A stretch of DNA of 64,000 bases from Girardia tigrina (lineage: Eukaryota). The stretch is taken from assembly GCA_001938485.1 (NCBI GenBank), contig MQRK01226571.1, forward strand, positions 1 through 64,000, in the 5' to 3' direction. The position numbers and the translations under genes were made by a program. Shown here piece after piece: positions 25,390 through 38,224 of the stretch (positions are counted from its first letter, which is position 1; each line of letters starts with the position of its first letter). The notes under the pieces were generated by a model. It had not been told where the DNA came from, ran no database searches, and saw only the letters and a list, made by a program, of their open reading frames with translations.

Positions 25390-26214
25390 GATTGCAAATT
25401 ATGGTGAGCAAAAAACGAGTCGCAGATTCCAGCCCTGTCGAAAGAAAATCAACGGCTCCTTCAGGAAATCCAGGTATTGAAGCAATCAAATGACCAAAAG
25501 GAGGTCCAATTATCGAGACTCAATTCGGAGTTTGAGGACTACAGAAGACAGTCAGTCCCAATGTCGTTACATCGACCCATGGTCGAAAAATATGTTCAGT
25601 CTCAACAAAGATATAAAAAACTTCAAATGGACATTGATGAAGAGAGAATCCAACAAAATATTATGAGCTGTCAACGTAAAATGGTCCAACGAGTTTCTCA
25701 AGAGCATTCTGAGCTAATTGTTGAGGCGGTGAGGAACATGGAAACTAAGATAGTCGATGATCCAAGAAACAAACCTACAACCTCCAAATCAACAGTTTAC
25801 GCCTCAATAATAAGAGAAGATATTGCATCCTCTTCTCCGAGCATCATCAGTCGAACACAGAAACGGCGAGAACAGAGGAAACGAAAAGCCCCACTGGACC
25901 AACAAGCGCGAATTGAAATGGAGGTTATCAAAACCCATACGCGTTTGGACACAGTGGTTGCAGAGCAAGAAATCCTTGACGAAGGTGATTTCGATTTTAA
26001 GAGGATTGACCGATCGCCACAGCCCAGCGTGGATAATAAAATCGCCGTACCCCTTTTAAAGATTGGTATTGAAGAAGTAATCAGGAGGCAAAAATAGTTA
26101 GATTGGGAAGCCAAGTACAAAACATGGAAGGAAGGTCGAGACTGCCTTTTGTACCGATCAATCACAACTGGTCACAACGAAGAATTTGTGGTTCCGTCCG
26201 ACTCGGATGATTAA
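25390..26214 (+). pseudogene. Coiled-coil/basic ORF of unknown function with one internal stop
   Basis: The frame is open from ~25410 (NESQIPALSKENQRLLQEIQVLKQ...) through the 206-aa ORF, with TAG at 26095. It then continues LDWEAKYKTWKEGRDCLLYRSITTGHNEEFVVPSDSDD to TAA at 26214. AATAAA at 26261; possible intron GTAATA (25248)...CTTAG (25389). Confidence 0.55.
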
Positions 26215-26957
26215 TGACGATGAACAGATTTTTCCCGTTTATTTTTCTTTTGATTTGATTAATAAATAACAACATTTAGAATTTTATTGCGTTTTTTCTC
26301 TTGTGGTCTATCAATAAAAATATAAAAGATAAAAATAAGTAGTCTAACCTAAATAACAAATAAATAATCAATTAAATTAGGTAAGGACTCATAAATGAAT
26401 GTAACATATGATATTAAAGAAGATAAAGATACAGAATTCCGATCGATAAAAAACAAACAAAATTTTCAATCATTAGGAACCCGGTAGATACTTGGTTTTG
26501 TTCACTGGTGAAAGGATGGGGTCAGATGAACTTAATTGGGTATGGCATAGACCATATACCAACATCAGGAAGAGGTACCTGATGGGGTTTATGTCGAAAT
26601 AATATGTTGGGATTGAATCCACAGTTACTTTAATTAAAATGAAATTTATTGAATCGAACACATATCTCGCACTATTCGAAATCGTATCTCTATAATTCCT
26701 TTTGAACTATGGGGTATGGACTCTACTGCAATTTCGAGGAATCTCCGAATAACTAAGCTTTGAATACTTTTACTGCACACTGGTGTTCCATACCGAAATA
26801 TCCATTTATTTTAGCAAACTTAGCTCATCTATTCTGAGACTTCAGAACTTAAATGAATTAAGAAGAAGTATTAAAATTTATATATTAATATTTATAGTTA
26901 TGTTATATTATCATTTATGATAATATATTTTAAAAAATTAAAAAAACTGAAAATATG

Positions 26958-27908
26958 TGTTGTGTGCAACCACATTTCGTGGTTTTTTATTGTTTGTTGT
27001 ACAGGAGAGTTTGGAAACCTTGTAATTGTGTTTGTATTTGTTTTGGTTATATTTGTGTTCATTTTTTAGTATATTTCGTTGTATATGAATGCCGTTTCCT
27101 ATTCTGTTTTTGTTGATCGAAGTAATCTTGAATTTAATATCAAAGAAAGGACAGAGAACAAATATTGTACAGATTTTAATAATTAACTTTATTTACTATT
27201 TATAATTCAAAAGAACGAAATTTATTTCAATTGACACTATTTTATTTCAATTTAAACGAAAAACAAATTTAATTGTATCGTTTCGCTTACAGAATCAAAT
27301 TTATATTTCTTTAAAAGTTTTTATCGTTGATTTAGTAAAATTGATGATTTTGGTGTATAAATTATTATTATAAAAAAAACGAATTTGTTTTAACGAGTAA
27401 TTAGCTTGATATGAATATTATTTGAAATAAAAATTTAAAATGGACTGAATCTTTTTCTTTACGTCGTTTTATTTTAACTGATTCTCGAAATGTGCGTTTT
27501 AAAACTCGTTATCAGTATCGTCAATTCTTTATTAATGATGATTGGAATTGTGCTTGCGGTTATTGCTCTGGCGAATGAATTTCTTTTATGAAGAACATTT
27601 ACCATATTGAAGCGCAATTTAAAAATTTCATAATTAAAATTAGAATCTCATCAGCAAGTTCAGGTGGAATATTTTCATTGATGCAGCAGAACGCAAATTC
27701 AATTGGAGCCTTCGCATTTGGGGTTGGAATCGCGTTGATTGCTCTGGCTATACTGGGCATCGTAGCGGTGCGTTGCTGTTCATTGAGGAAGATTCTGATT
27801 GCCTTAACTGAGAGACCATTTTCTCGGTTCTATCTTGTCTTTGGAGTCGTGTGCCGGTTTCGCCGATTTTGTGGACCGCGAGCTCTTCGTCTTGAGGAGA
27901 ACTCAACA
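26958..27908. mobile_element. 951-bp solo LTR (BEL/Pao- or Gypsy-type) inserted in the outer 5' LTR
   Basis: TGTTG...CAACA termini; 5-bp TSD ATATG (26953-26957, 27909-27913). Removing it restores an LTR matching 44238-44389. Confidence 0.9.
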
Positions 27909-28009
27909 ATATGTAAAAACAATTTAAATTTGTTTAAATAATATGTTCTATAATAAATATTAATCTTGTTCAACTTTTATTGATTTTATCATTATTAGAT
28001 ACATACAAC

Positions 28010-28407
28010 ATGGCGTCACGAACAAACGTTACAGCTCAGAAGTACTTGGAAGAACTGATGTTTAAGAAGAAAGAAGAAAAGCTATTAATCTTCGTGAGAC
28101 ATCATTGCAAGGAGAGATCAATAATCGACCATATAAACAACGTGAAAAAGTATATCAGTCTCTTCGATAAATCGGCGTTAGGAGATTCCGCAAAAATGGA
28201 TATTTTATGTCCTATTTTGTAAACAACTTTATTGCTCAGATCCAGAGTGAGTCGGAAGCTGATGTTACGTCGATGAATATCGACACAATGTTAATAAAAT
28301 TGATTGGCAAATTTGATTTAAAGAAATCAAAAGTTGGTCAGTTATTACCTTTGATACGTGTGAAACAGGAGGAAGGAGAAACGTTACTAGATTTCGCAAA
28401 TAGAATA
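28010..28407 (+). pseudogene. Outer element gag, N-terminal part
   Basis: The ATG overlaps the LTR end/PBS (MASRTNVT...). The frame reads ...RVKQEEGETLLDFANRI and resumes in frame as KVETFH... at 39675. Confidence 0.8.
28011..28024 (+). promoter_or_regulatory. Primer-binding site of the outer element (tRNA-Ser(CGA)-like)
   Basis: TGGCGTCACGAACA lies immediately after the LTR CA and is complementary to a tRNA 3' end ...UGUUCGUGACGCCA. Confidence 0.8.
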
Positions 28408-28559
28408 AGTTATGCGTGATTGATTAATTATTAAATATTGTTTGTTTAAATAATATATAGATTTTGTACGCGGTTTAAAATATAGTTTTGATTTGACTTT
28501 GAAAATGGATTTTAAAGAAACCAAAAACGTAACTGGTGACCACGCCGAAAATATCAACG

Positions 28560-29950
28560 CAATTACGAAAAACCAACAAAGAAATATTTTGCTTGCGTCG
28601 TTGCCGAAGAAGACTCAAGAAATTCTCAATTTCAATGTCCGTAAGTTTGACGGTAGAGATTCGCAAGAAGCGGGAAAATGGCTAAAGGATATCGATGAAT
28701 GACTGTCATTAAATGACTTGCATTTGGTGAGTGCATTTGATTTATTATTGTCTGAAGAAGCTGGAGAATTATGGAAGAATTCAAAAACGGATGAAATGAC
28801 TCAGGTGGACGCTCGAGAATGGTTTCGTGACATATTTATGAGGAAGAAGTCAATCTTAGATAATTTCATGGACTGGCGAATGTCAAGCAAGAGCTAAAAG
28901 AGAGATTTGCCACGTTTGAAATTCAGGTAAAGAAACTAATTAACAGTGTTGTTAATCAGAGTTGAGTCGGAAATAAATTTTAAATGAGTTTTTAACGAAA
29001 CGGGTGCGTAGTACCGGTCTGAGGGATTCACTGGATCTGAAACCGGAAATGAAGAGAGAAGATATGTGGACACTAGCTAAAGTCTATGAGAACCGAGAGA
29101 TCTCGGAAGATGAAAAAATGGAAGTAAACGCTTTTAATAATAAAACAAATATCAAGCAGAAGAATCCCCCAAATTATGCGCAAGCTGTGAAATAACAACC
29201 AACAAAGCAATTTCAGCAGTCTAATTTTGGTTCCAGAATATCAACGGATGAGATATTCATAGATAGGGACTTTCCAACCGGAGTAGTCCTACACAATCGG
29301 TCATTTCTGAATTCCGACAAACGTCGATGAGATAGCAGCCTTCGGTTTCTCTGAAACATATAGCTCGAAGACTCTATAATAGATGTAGGGGACTACCCCC
29401 GCCGCACGAGGAGCAACTGAAACCGGGTCAATGTTTTTGTTGCAGGGAAAATGATCACAGACGTTTTCAATGCCCATTGAAGGATAAATGTCTAATATGC
29501 GGTAAATCTGGTCATTATTTTAAGGAATGTAGTCTTTTGCAGAACAGCAGTTATCAGAGGCCACGGATGATTTTATGTGTTTATGATGAAATTCACGACA
29601 CGGCCCAATCCGGAGATGAATTAATTCTACATGATGTTGAACCGGAAAAAACCCGTTGCTTACATTTCGTCAATGGGATTGGAATAAATGATGAGAGCAA
29701 AAATCGGAATGTAGAGGAGTGGGACGAAATGCGGAAGTGAACTGACGGGAGAATGTGGAGTACGGTAGAGGTGGAAGGTGTTCGTTTAGAGATGTTGTGG
29801 GATTCAGGAGCATCGGTTACGGTGATGAATGAAGATTATTGGCGGAAGATTTGAGAACCGAGACTTTCAGAATCAGGAGTTCGATTAAGCGGTGTGTTTC
29901 CGACTGGTACAGAAATGCCCATGGGTGTTGTTTTATTAGATATTCGTTGG
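28560..29950 (+). pseudogene. Inner element gag and aspartic protease (degenerate)
   Basis: VRKFDGRDSQEAGKWLKDID; zinc knuckles CFCCRENDHRRFQC and CLICGKSGHYFKEC; protease LWDSGASVTVM. Confidence 0.85.
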
Positions 29951-30360
29951 AACAAAAAGTTCCTGCGCTATCACCACAGGACACTTATAAGGTACACGTA
30001 CCCAAAGACTTACTGAACGCGCAATTCGTTTGGTTAATTCGGGAGCACCCTAACTCACTGCAAACCCAATACACCGATCCATACCGCACACTTCATTTCG
30101 ATGCACAAAACAACACTGCAACCATCGATTTCAATGGTACCCACCGCATCGTCAAAATTTGCAAATTGAAGCCATGTATACAAATTGAAGATTGTCCCGT
30201 CGACATGCCGAAAGTCAATTCCCTTAACCAGAAAGCGTCTGTATCATTCTCACCATGGGAGCGAATGTCCGACTCCACACATCCGGTACCCATGTAATCA
30301 AAGCAGCGCTTTCAACCGTCTCCGACTTCTCACGGGGGGGGGGCTTATGTAGTGAACATT
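29950..30360 (+). mobile_element. Gypsy integrase C-terminal fragment with G-rich PPT and LTR start
   Basis: SLQTQYTDPY...KLKPC (GPY/F-type module), then a G10 run and TGTAGTG at 30348. Confidence 0.6.
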
Positions 30361-30714
30361 TCCAACAAAAAATCAAACCACGCTAAAATTTTCACAAATT
30401 TAAATATTATTTAAATGTAATTTAAATTTCTTTTATTTTTGTTGTCGCAAAACTATTTAATAATTACAAAATTAAAATTCCCAGAAGTTTTTTTTTCACA
30501 AAAAATATCGGGATCAATCGACCCAAGAATTTTTTCACATGAAATTAAATATGTAAATAAAAAAAACGAAAACAATTGTTTTAATGTTTCAACGGAGATA
30601 ATTCGAGTGTCACAAATTCAAACCAATTTAGACATTTTTTTAACCCTGAGCGAACTGCCGAAAAATCGTGTAAAATTTATTTTGTGATGAATAAATTTTG
30701 TATCCGATTCTGTC

Positions 30715-31040
30715 TTTTCCTTGTTTTTTGCAAATGGGAACCACCACGAAAACTCCCACTTCAACAACAAAGAATTGAAGGAACCTGGTGGGAGCTAATC
30801 CACGCACAACTGTTCGAGCACTCGCAGAAGCGTTTAATGTTGATCCCTCAAACGTCGCTCGGCACTTGAAACAAATTGGAAAATTGAAAAAGCTTGATAA
30901 ATATGAGTCAAACGAATTGAACGAAAGTAAAAAAAAATCGTCGTTTTGAGGTGTCTTCAACGCTTCTTCTGCCAACAACAACAACCCGTTTTTTATCGAA
31001 TTACGACGTTTGATGAGAAGTGAATTCTCTACGACAATTT
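30715..31040 (+). pseudogene. Mariner transposase fragment (cecropia-like)
   Basis: ANPRTTVRALAEAF...RHLKQIGKLKKLDK...RITTFDEK*ILYDN. Confidence 0.8.
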
Positions 31041-31369
31041 AGAATTCCATTTTACTTTATAGTTGTTGATAAATTAAATATTTATTAAGTTTTTGTGCAG
31101 CTGCAAAAAACTATTTAAAGTTCATCTAGCGGCTGATTTGATTAAATTGAAATCTGAAATACGTCATATTAACAACATCAATATGACTTTTACAACATTT
31201 ATTAATATCACAAGCACATTCACTATTGGACATTTTTCTTGATCAATATATTTCTGAATTCATACTAATTATTTTCAATAAATGAAAATCTTTGAATACA
31301 AATTATTAATTATAAAGAATCTAATTGGTTAAAATTAAATCTAAACATTTTTAAAAAAAGTACATATTG

Positions 31370-33189
31370 TTATGATAGAGATCTCAGACGGCATGGACAT
31401 GTGAGTAAGGTGCATGAACCATTGTCAGCGTTTAAAATTGTCATACATTTACGTGAGTATCCAGAACGTGCGGCAAAGTCAATGGAAGTTACGTCCTTCA
31501 AAACGAGAGAGTTAAAAACCAGAATCAAGTACCAATTTGGGGAGGATTACACACCTTTAATGAATGGGCAATAATTGGCGGATCATACAACCAGACATCT
31601 TGTGGAAGCCGGAATATGGCCAGGATATGTTAATATAGTAGAGTTGGCAAAAACGGCCGGAACAAAGAGGCTAGTTAAACCATTTTATGAATACAGACAA
31701 CAAATTAGAGCGAATCACGAAGAAAAGTATTGACACAGATATTTTAAACATCACGATTTTAATAATGGTTTCTATGATCCAGATTGAATTAGTACCAGTC
31801 ATATGCGAACAATTGAGGAGTACATACAAGAATATGGAGAACTATCTCTCAGGAAATATCACTGTAAGAGAGTGTTGTTGTTAATTTTTTAATTTTCAGA
31901 ATTGAGAATTTGATTTTTTAAAATTTCGAATTATAATCGAAATTAAAAAAAATAATAGAAAATAGAATTAAAAAAAAGAAAATAAAAAAAAGAAAATTTT
32001 TTTAAATAACAAATTTAAACTGTTGTAGATTAATAAATTTTGCAAGTTTTTAATTTCTTTTTTGATTTTGAATGGAAGATAATTCCCAACCTAACAATCA
32101 CAATACCGTCTTCTCCGATACAACCCACAATCAAGTTACAACTAAGAATGATGATGAGTGAACTATTAAGCAACCTTGATGAATTAATGGACTCAATAAA
32201 CGGTATAGATTTGTATAATTACCAAACAAGACCGTTGGGAAGCATAATCAATATCCTTAATAGTATCTGCAGCACGAGTGGGAAAAAGAAGTGGAGTTAC
32301 AACAATTAAATAAAATATTTTTTGCAAAGTGGATGACTCAAAACTCAAAGATTACATTGCAATATTTAGACCACTATGCCAGTTTTGAGTACTACATGCC
32401 ACCGATATTTGAAATTCGATGCCGAACAACAGTCAGGGACATGAAATTGGATATATTAAAGGATTATCAGTCTAAATCGACGCTGTATTATGGGATACGA
32501 GCACTGACGGATGACAATGCAGAGATAATAACCTTGGGAGTGAGTCCAATGGAAGTTTATCGTTCGGACGACAGAGAAACCTTGTTAACGGCGATAACGT
32601 GCACATCAGACGACGTCGCGAGTTATGTAAATTATAACAAGGACGCTTTGATCAACGAACTATTCGACCTTAACAAAAATTATTTTGTCAATGGAAAAAT
32701 GAAGGAAGATTCAATCTGGAGCAATAAGTATTATGTGCCGATGCAGATACAAACCGTATATGAACTCGGAAATGAGCTGCGAGAAGGATGAGAAGATGAC
32801 ATCAGGTATTTGTTAAAATGCGAAAAATATATAACCGGTTGCGAAATGGACCGTACCATACTTTTTACTTGTGGGAAATGTTAATGCAATACGGAAATAG
32901 AATATTAACAGGATGTCAACAACATTATCATATCGTTGTCAACGACAGAGCAACGGATCAGACAATCGACGTTCATGGAAAAGAACCAACGATAGAAGCC
33001 CTATATGATGCTGTCAATATTCGGACGCGAGATCCATACATTCTTATTTGGGAAGGACGACAGTTACTCAAAAATGGAGACATGAGAAAGATATTCTTTT
33101 GGTCTAGAGATACATTTACTTTTCAATTTTCATCTAGAGTTGTGGTAAGGATAGGAGGAACCGCCTTTGCCACTAAAATTTCTCTATGA
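31370..33189 (+). pseudogene. Degenerate gene(s) with about three ubiquitin-like (beta-grasp) domains, the last ending VVRIGG plus a 9-aa tail
   Basis: UBL1 FKIVIHL..MEVTSFKTRELKTRI..LMNGQ*LADH..LVEAGIWPG (~31433-31650). UBL2 FEIRCRTTVRDMKLDI..LYYGIRALTDD..IITLGV (~32345-32560). UBL3 TIDVHGKEPTIEALYDAV..LIWEGRQL..VVVRIGG (~32925-33159). Stops and frameshifts lie between the pieces. Confidence 0.6.
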
Positions 33190-33654
33190 ATCATGCAGTG
33201 AAAAAATTTGATATTTTGATTTTTTGTTATGTCATGTGTTATAAATCCCTTTTTTAAACCTTTCATAGAATTTAGAATACATAATATAAGAGCATTTCTT
33301 AATAATGTTTAATTAAATTACCTTGAGTAAAAATGGGTGAGAATCTTGCTAAGAATAAATCATAAGCACAGGATTCTTGCACCACAACAAATTATTTTTC
33401 ACTGTTTTGAGTGATAAAATAACAAAAAAAGATACACAAAAAACTTTATTATTTTAATTTGAAAAATGCGTATAATTTTGATTATTTAAACAATTGTCAA
33501 TGTACTTTGTTTTTCGAAATTTAATATTGAAATTTTGTTCAAATTTATTTTTGGTCCCCAGTTGCGAGGATTGACAAGATGGGGGACAAAAAAATACTAA
33601 TTAAATAAAAAAAGAAAAAGTTAAAAGAAGAATTATTATAGTCGTACTATCGAC

Positions 33655-34123
33655 GCTGACTTTTACTGCACCAAACTTGATCTAATGTATGCGGCACTTG
33701 GCGAGAAATACCCCGCTTTGATCAATCAAAACGAGTTCTTCTACAACAGGACAATGCAAAACCGCACACCGCCAAACAAACAAAGGAAAAAATCAAAAAT
33801 ATCGACGCCTTTGAACTTCTTCCACACCCAGCGTATAGTCCGGATCTTGCGCCATCCGACTATCACCTTTACCGCTCTATGGCACATTTTCTTCGTGGTC
33901 GCAGCTTCAATAATCTGGCCGAGGTCGAAGACGGGTGTCACCAGTTCTTCGCTTCTAAGAAGAAGGATTGATACCGCAGCGGGATCGCACAACTTGCCCA
34001 TAAATGGATTCAAGCTTTTGATTCAAATAACCTTTACTTTGAAACTTAAATGTTTTTTATTTGTTGTAAAATTATGTTTAAATTTTTAATAAAAAAATAC
34101 GAAAAGACTTTTGGTTCACCCTA
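33655..34123 (+). mobile_element. Mariner 3' half with right TIR
   Basis: LLQQDNAKPH...LPHPAYSPDLAPSDYHLYRSM..., ending GACTTTTGGTTCACCCTAA. Confidence 0.88.
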
Positions 34124-35334
34124 AACATTCCGCCGGGCGGCATTAAATAAAATAATTTAAAATTTAATGCAGAAGTCGTGGACACCACAAACTGTTTTTT
34201 AACCAACAGATATTACTATGTGCGAAACTTACTGTGTGTTTTACAACGATGCAAAAATACGACTAATATTGTTACAGTAATACTTCAATAACAAGTTAAA
34301 TAACTTTAACGATTTTAAATATTGTACAAAAATGTTCGCAGCGCCCCCAGAATTTTTCGCGGTGCACCGTTTGCTCGACACTGCAATAGACGAACATCGA
34401 CGCTCAACAAACCATTGCCAAACGATATTGTTCAATCTCTTCAAAATTTTCAAGACAAAATAGAGACTAAGTCTCATTGCAAATAAAACTTTATTTTTAA
34501 TTTCATTCATATTTTCTTTTCAATTCAAAGACATCAGCATTTCAATATCATCATTTTCCCATTCCAACATTTAAACAAAATTTTTTTATCATATTAAACA
34601 TTTTTTCTTATAAAATCATTTTTACAATGATTATTTTATCATATTAACCAAGAATTAGAAAATCACCAAAACTTTGCGAACTGTTGAATGATTAAAAAGA
34701 AAATTACCAAATAATAATAATATGAATAATTAGATAAATGTCAATGAAAAATAATACATCTCAACAAACGATCAGTTTCCGATTATTGTGAAATAACAAT
34801 CATCAAGATTGCAAAAGCAATAACAAAACAGTTTATATGAATTTAAAAATGCAAGGTTTTTCGTTACCAAACTTTTTTGAATTTTTCAATAATATATATG
34901 ACACGACGGGCGAATGGTTGTGGCCGGCGATTGAATATGCACCTGAAACCACGGTGCTTTTCCTGGCGAGATGGAGGGAACGGAACGAACACAGCAGAGA
35001 TTAATTTTCCGAGTTTAGATTGCGCTATTAAAACGGGAAGTGGGTCGCAATCTACCCCACGTGCGATGTAGTCCATATTGACAAGGTAGTTGATCAAACT
35101 ACCGCGAGTCGAATAGCGATGCGTTCGATCTAACTCGATAATTTGGTTAAACGTTTTTACTCTCACGATCGATCCGATGTCTCAAGAATAGTTTTTGAAA
35201 TTCATCGTTGCCGCCAGTAATATCGCGTCTTCATCGTAATTTAAGTAAAATCGTGTTGTTGTCGACTGCATATTTAAAACTCGCAACCAAGTCATTTAAT
35301 TATTTATTTCATTCAAACAATTTCTTTGTATCAC

Positions 35335-35500
35335 ATCACGAGATGATCAAACCGAGGCCGCAACGAACAGTTGTCCGACTAGCAAAGTTCGCGGACTACG
35401 TTTGCGCGGGGGTGAAGTCAATAAAGAAAAGCGGAACCTTGCAGTGCACGGGCAGCGTCTGTGTTTGTGCCTTGAAGGCAAGGGAGAGTGTGATTTAATT
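35335..35500 (+). mobile_element. Gypsy 3' end scrap (integrase tail, PPT, LTR start)
   Basis: RPQRTVVRLAKFADYV tail, then AAGGCAAGGGAGAG followed by TGTGAT. Confidence 0.5.
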
Positions 35501-36211
35501 ATTTTTGTTTAAATTGGTAATTTGCCAGTTTTGGGAATATTTCAAAAATATAGTTTGCTGGTCTTCATAATTTCTGTATTTGATTCTAGTTTTTCTTCTC
35601 AATATTTTATACTTAATATATTAAATCCAAAAAATTAAATTGATTCTTATTATTATATTTTCATTGAAATTTAAATCAGCTCACGGAGAATTTAAACTCT
35701 TTTGAGGCTTAGGATTCTGGGATCTCGTGTGTATCTTTGCGTAGCTTCTTGTAATCAAAATTAAGTCGTTGAAGATACCGATGAATCACCAATTTATCAA
35801 CTTTAAGTTCATGTACTAAATTTTAAATGCTTTGATTTGTAAGCGTCCAAAACAGATTAAAAATATTCATCGTATAACTTGAACCGTCGACCAGAGCGAG
35901 GATCATCCTTAAGACTCATGTCACTAAATTCATATCGCTTGAACTTTTTGTTGATAAAGTCGTGTGATTAGCAGTTCCTTCGCTTTATGCATCACAAATC
36001 TTTCTTTAAGAAAGTTTGAATTTATCAATGGTCACTTGATTGATCATGTCATGATTAATTGTCAATGGTTATTTAATATAAATGACGTAATAAAATTATA
36101 AGATAGCAAAATAAAATAGCTCCTTCATCGAAAATAACTTTTAGTAAGATTTTACTATTTAAAAAAATGTAAAACTTCAACCTAGACAATAAAATTTAAA
36201 TTCATTTTTAA

Positions 36212-36443
36212 CCCTTAATAACCTAGAGTTTCAATTTTTATACCAATCTTTTAAACCGAATGTTCACATTACTATTAGTTTTTTTTATAGGTTGGCTGTA
36301 CGTATTTTATTGTTATATAATATTCTTTCCAACAAATTTTTTTAGCTATTGATTTTTTTAGTTATTTTTCCCTTCATCTAGACTCTCAAGCAAACACAGT
36401 AATATTAAAAATAAATCACTTTCGTAAATCAGGCTACTAAGGG
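36212..36443. mobile_element. piggyBac-type MITE
   Basis: TTAA flanks; TIR CCCTTA(A/G)TA(A/G)CCT (11/13 match). Confidence 0.8.
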
Positions 36444-37081
36444 TTAAAGTGTGTTCATTTACTATATATACTATATATATACTATATACATAAAATAGTC
36501 AATGATATTTATTTTTCACAATATCTACCAGAATTTAGGATCACAATGGATGAGACATCGGCCTACATAGATTGATCTTCTCAAACAACTTTGATTTTTA
36601 GAGAACTACCTCAATTTATGTTTTTTCAACAGGTTATGATAGTTCAAGAGCTAGATGTGTTCTTGAAATAAATTTAAATTGTCAAAGGCTATCGCCATTA
36701 TTATTAATGAAAACAGTCCAAATCGATTATACTTCAGGCGTTAATATTTGGAAACGGAAAAAATTATTTTTTTTTGTAATTTTTTTAAATAATTTAAATT
36801 TGTGGAAACGCAAGAAAATAAATTTGGATTTAATATATTATTTTAAAATATTTTGCTGCTTTTGTGAGTTAATTAAAATTTTTAATGAATCAGAAACTTT
36901 TAAATGCAACAAAATTAGAATGAGAACCGGCTTATCTATTATCCAATATAAATAATTTTGGGTTTTGCACATGTTGATGTGACTCTGTGGTTTTCGAAAG
37001 CGCATTGCAAGTCAATTTTGAAGAAATTCTTGAAGATTTAATTATACAGATGATATATTGTGAGATGGAAGATATGATTTC

Positions 37082-37712
37082 TGTTACGAGTGATTGTTCG
37101 ACAGAAATCAATAAAAGAACGAGAATTGATCATCATTGCAGAATTTTTGTAAGACAGGAGAAATAACAGTCTGAGATCTATAACCAAGAGGTGGGAATAT
37201 ATAAAATACCTCTGAGACTAAAATAAACACCTCCAACGCTGGAGTTCAGTGACGGTGCAACAAGTTTTTATATTCGACGCAATGTGATATAAATAGGTAA
37301 TACAGGATCAACGACTCCTTTATGAGCATGCAGAATGATGTATTAGAGAAGTTACGTAAAAGATCAGGGATCACCTGTGCGGCCAGGCGGGCATACTTAT
37401 ACGTAGTATCCCTGAGAAACTAGAGACTCCTGTCTCTAGGCAAAAGTGCCCAAAAGAAGTTACGCGCCGTCCTCGCAAGAGGTACTATTTATCTGTCAAG
37501 GTAACTTGATGGATGTGGCTATACCATATGTTTAAACCCTGGTCCCGTGAAGCATGGCAAAAATGACTTCGATGACTCTATCCGCTGGCGTTGAGAGAGT
37601 CGTTGGTGACATTACTCAAGTCTAAGGCTTGGCCTGTGGAGTACATTAGTACAAGGGTTGGTCTCAGCACGGAGCATAGTTCCTACTAGTCACTATAATG
37701 GCGCAAGGGACA
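37082..37712. mobile_element. LTR-like, GC-richer non-coding segment
   Basis: Begins CTGTTACGA like 3171 and ends GGGACA. Internal perfect hairpin CTAGAGAC-TCCT-GTCTCTAG. No TSD found. Confidence 0.35.
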
Positions 37713-38224
37713 ATACACAAACTCCGGATTCACGTAAAAGATAATTCCAAAAACTTTTGTGAGATAACTAGGAGTTTGTTAAGAGTTTGATATCTATGTT
37801 AATCAATTCTAAAGATATGAACAACTGTTATCATGCTTATATAAATGATGAGAAATATTATTGAGCTTTAATCGATAAAGTTCAAATAGTGAATGGAACT
37901 TTTTTGATAAATGGAACTGATACTTCTAGAGAGACTTCTAGTACCTAGATGTAAGATCATCTTAGAACTTATCATAATACCTGCAAACACAAGATTGGTT
38001 AGCTTTAAATCACATCGAAGACAATGATTCTAGATACAAGAACAAAAGTTTGTTGCACTACTCTAACCTTGTAAAACCTCATTTCTTAGCCGATGCATTG
38101 AGTTTTCCACTAATATTAAAATTGTTGCCTTCATCTTTTTTTATCAATTTTATCCTCTTTTTGTGATCATTAGGCACTATTGTTCATTTTTAAAATAGAA
38201 ATTTTTGTATACATAATTTTTTTA

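Noticed and set aside
26896-26900. Outer TSD AGTTA equals the first bases of the inner LTR
   Set aside because: The outer 3' LTR starts at TG directly after the PPT, so AGTTA is target DNA and the match appears coincidental.
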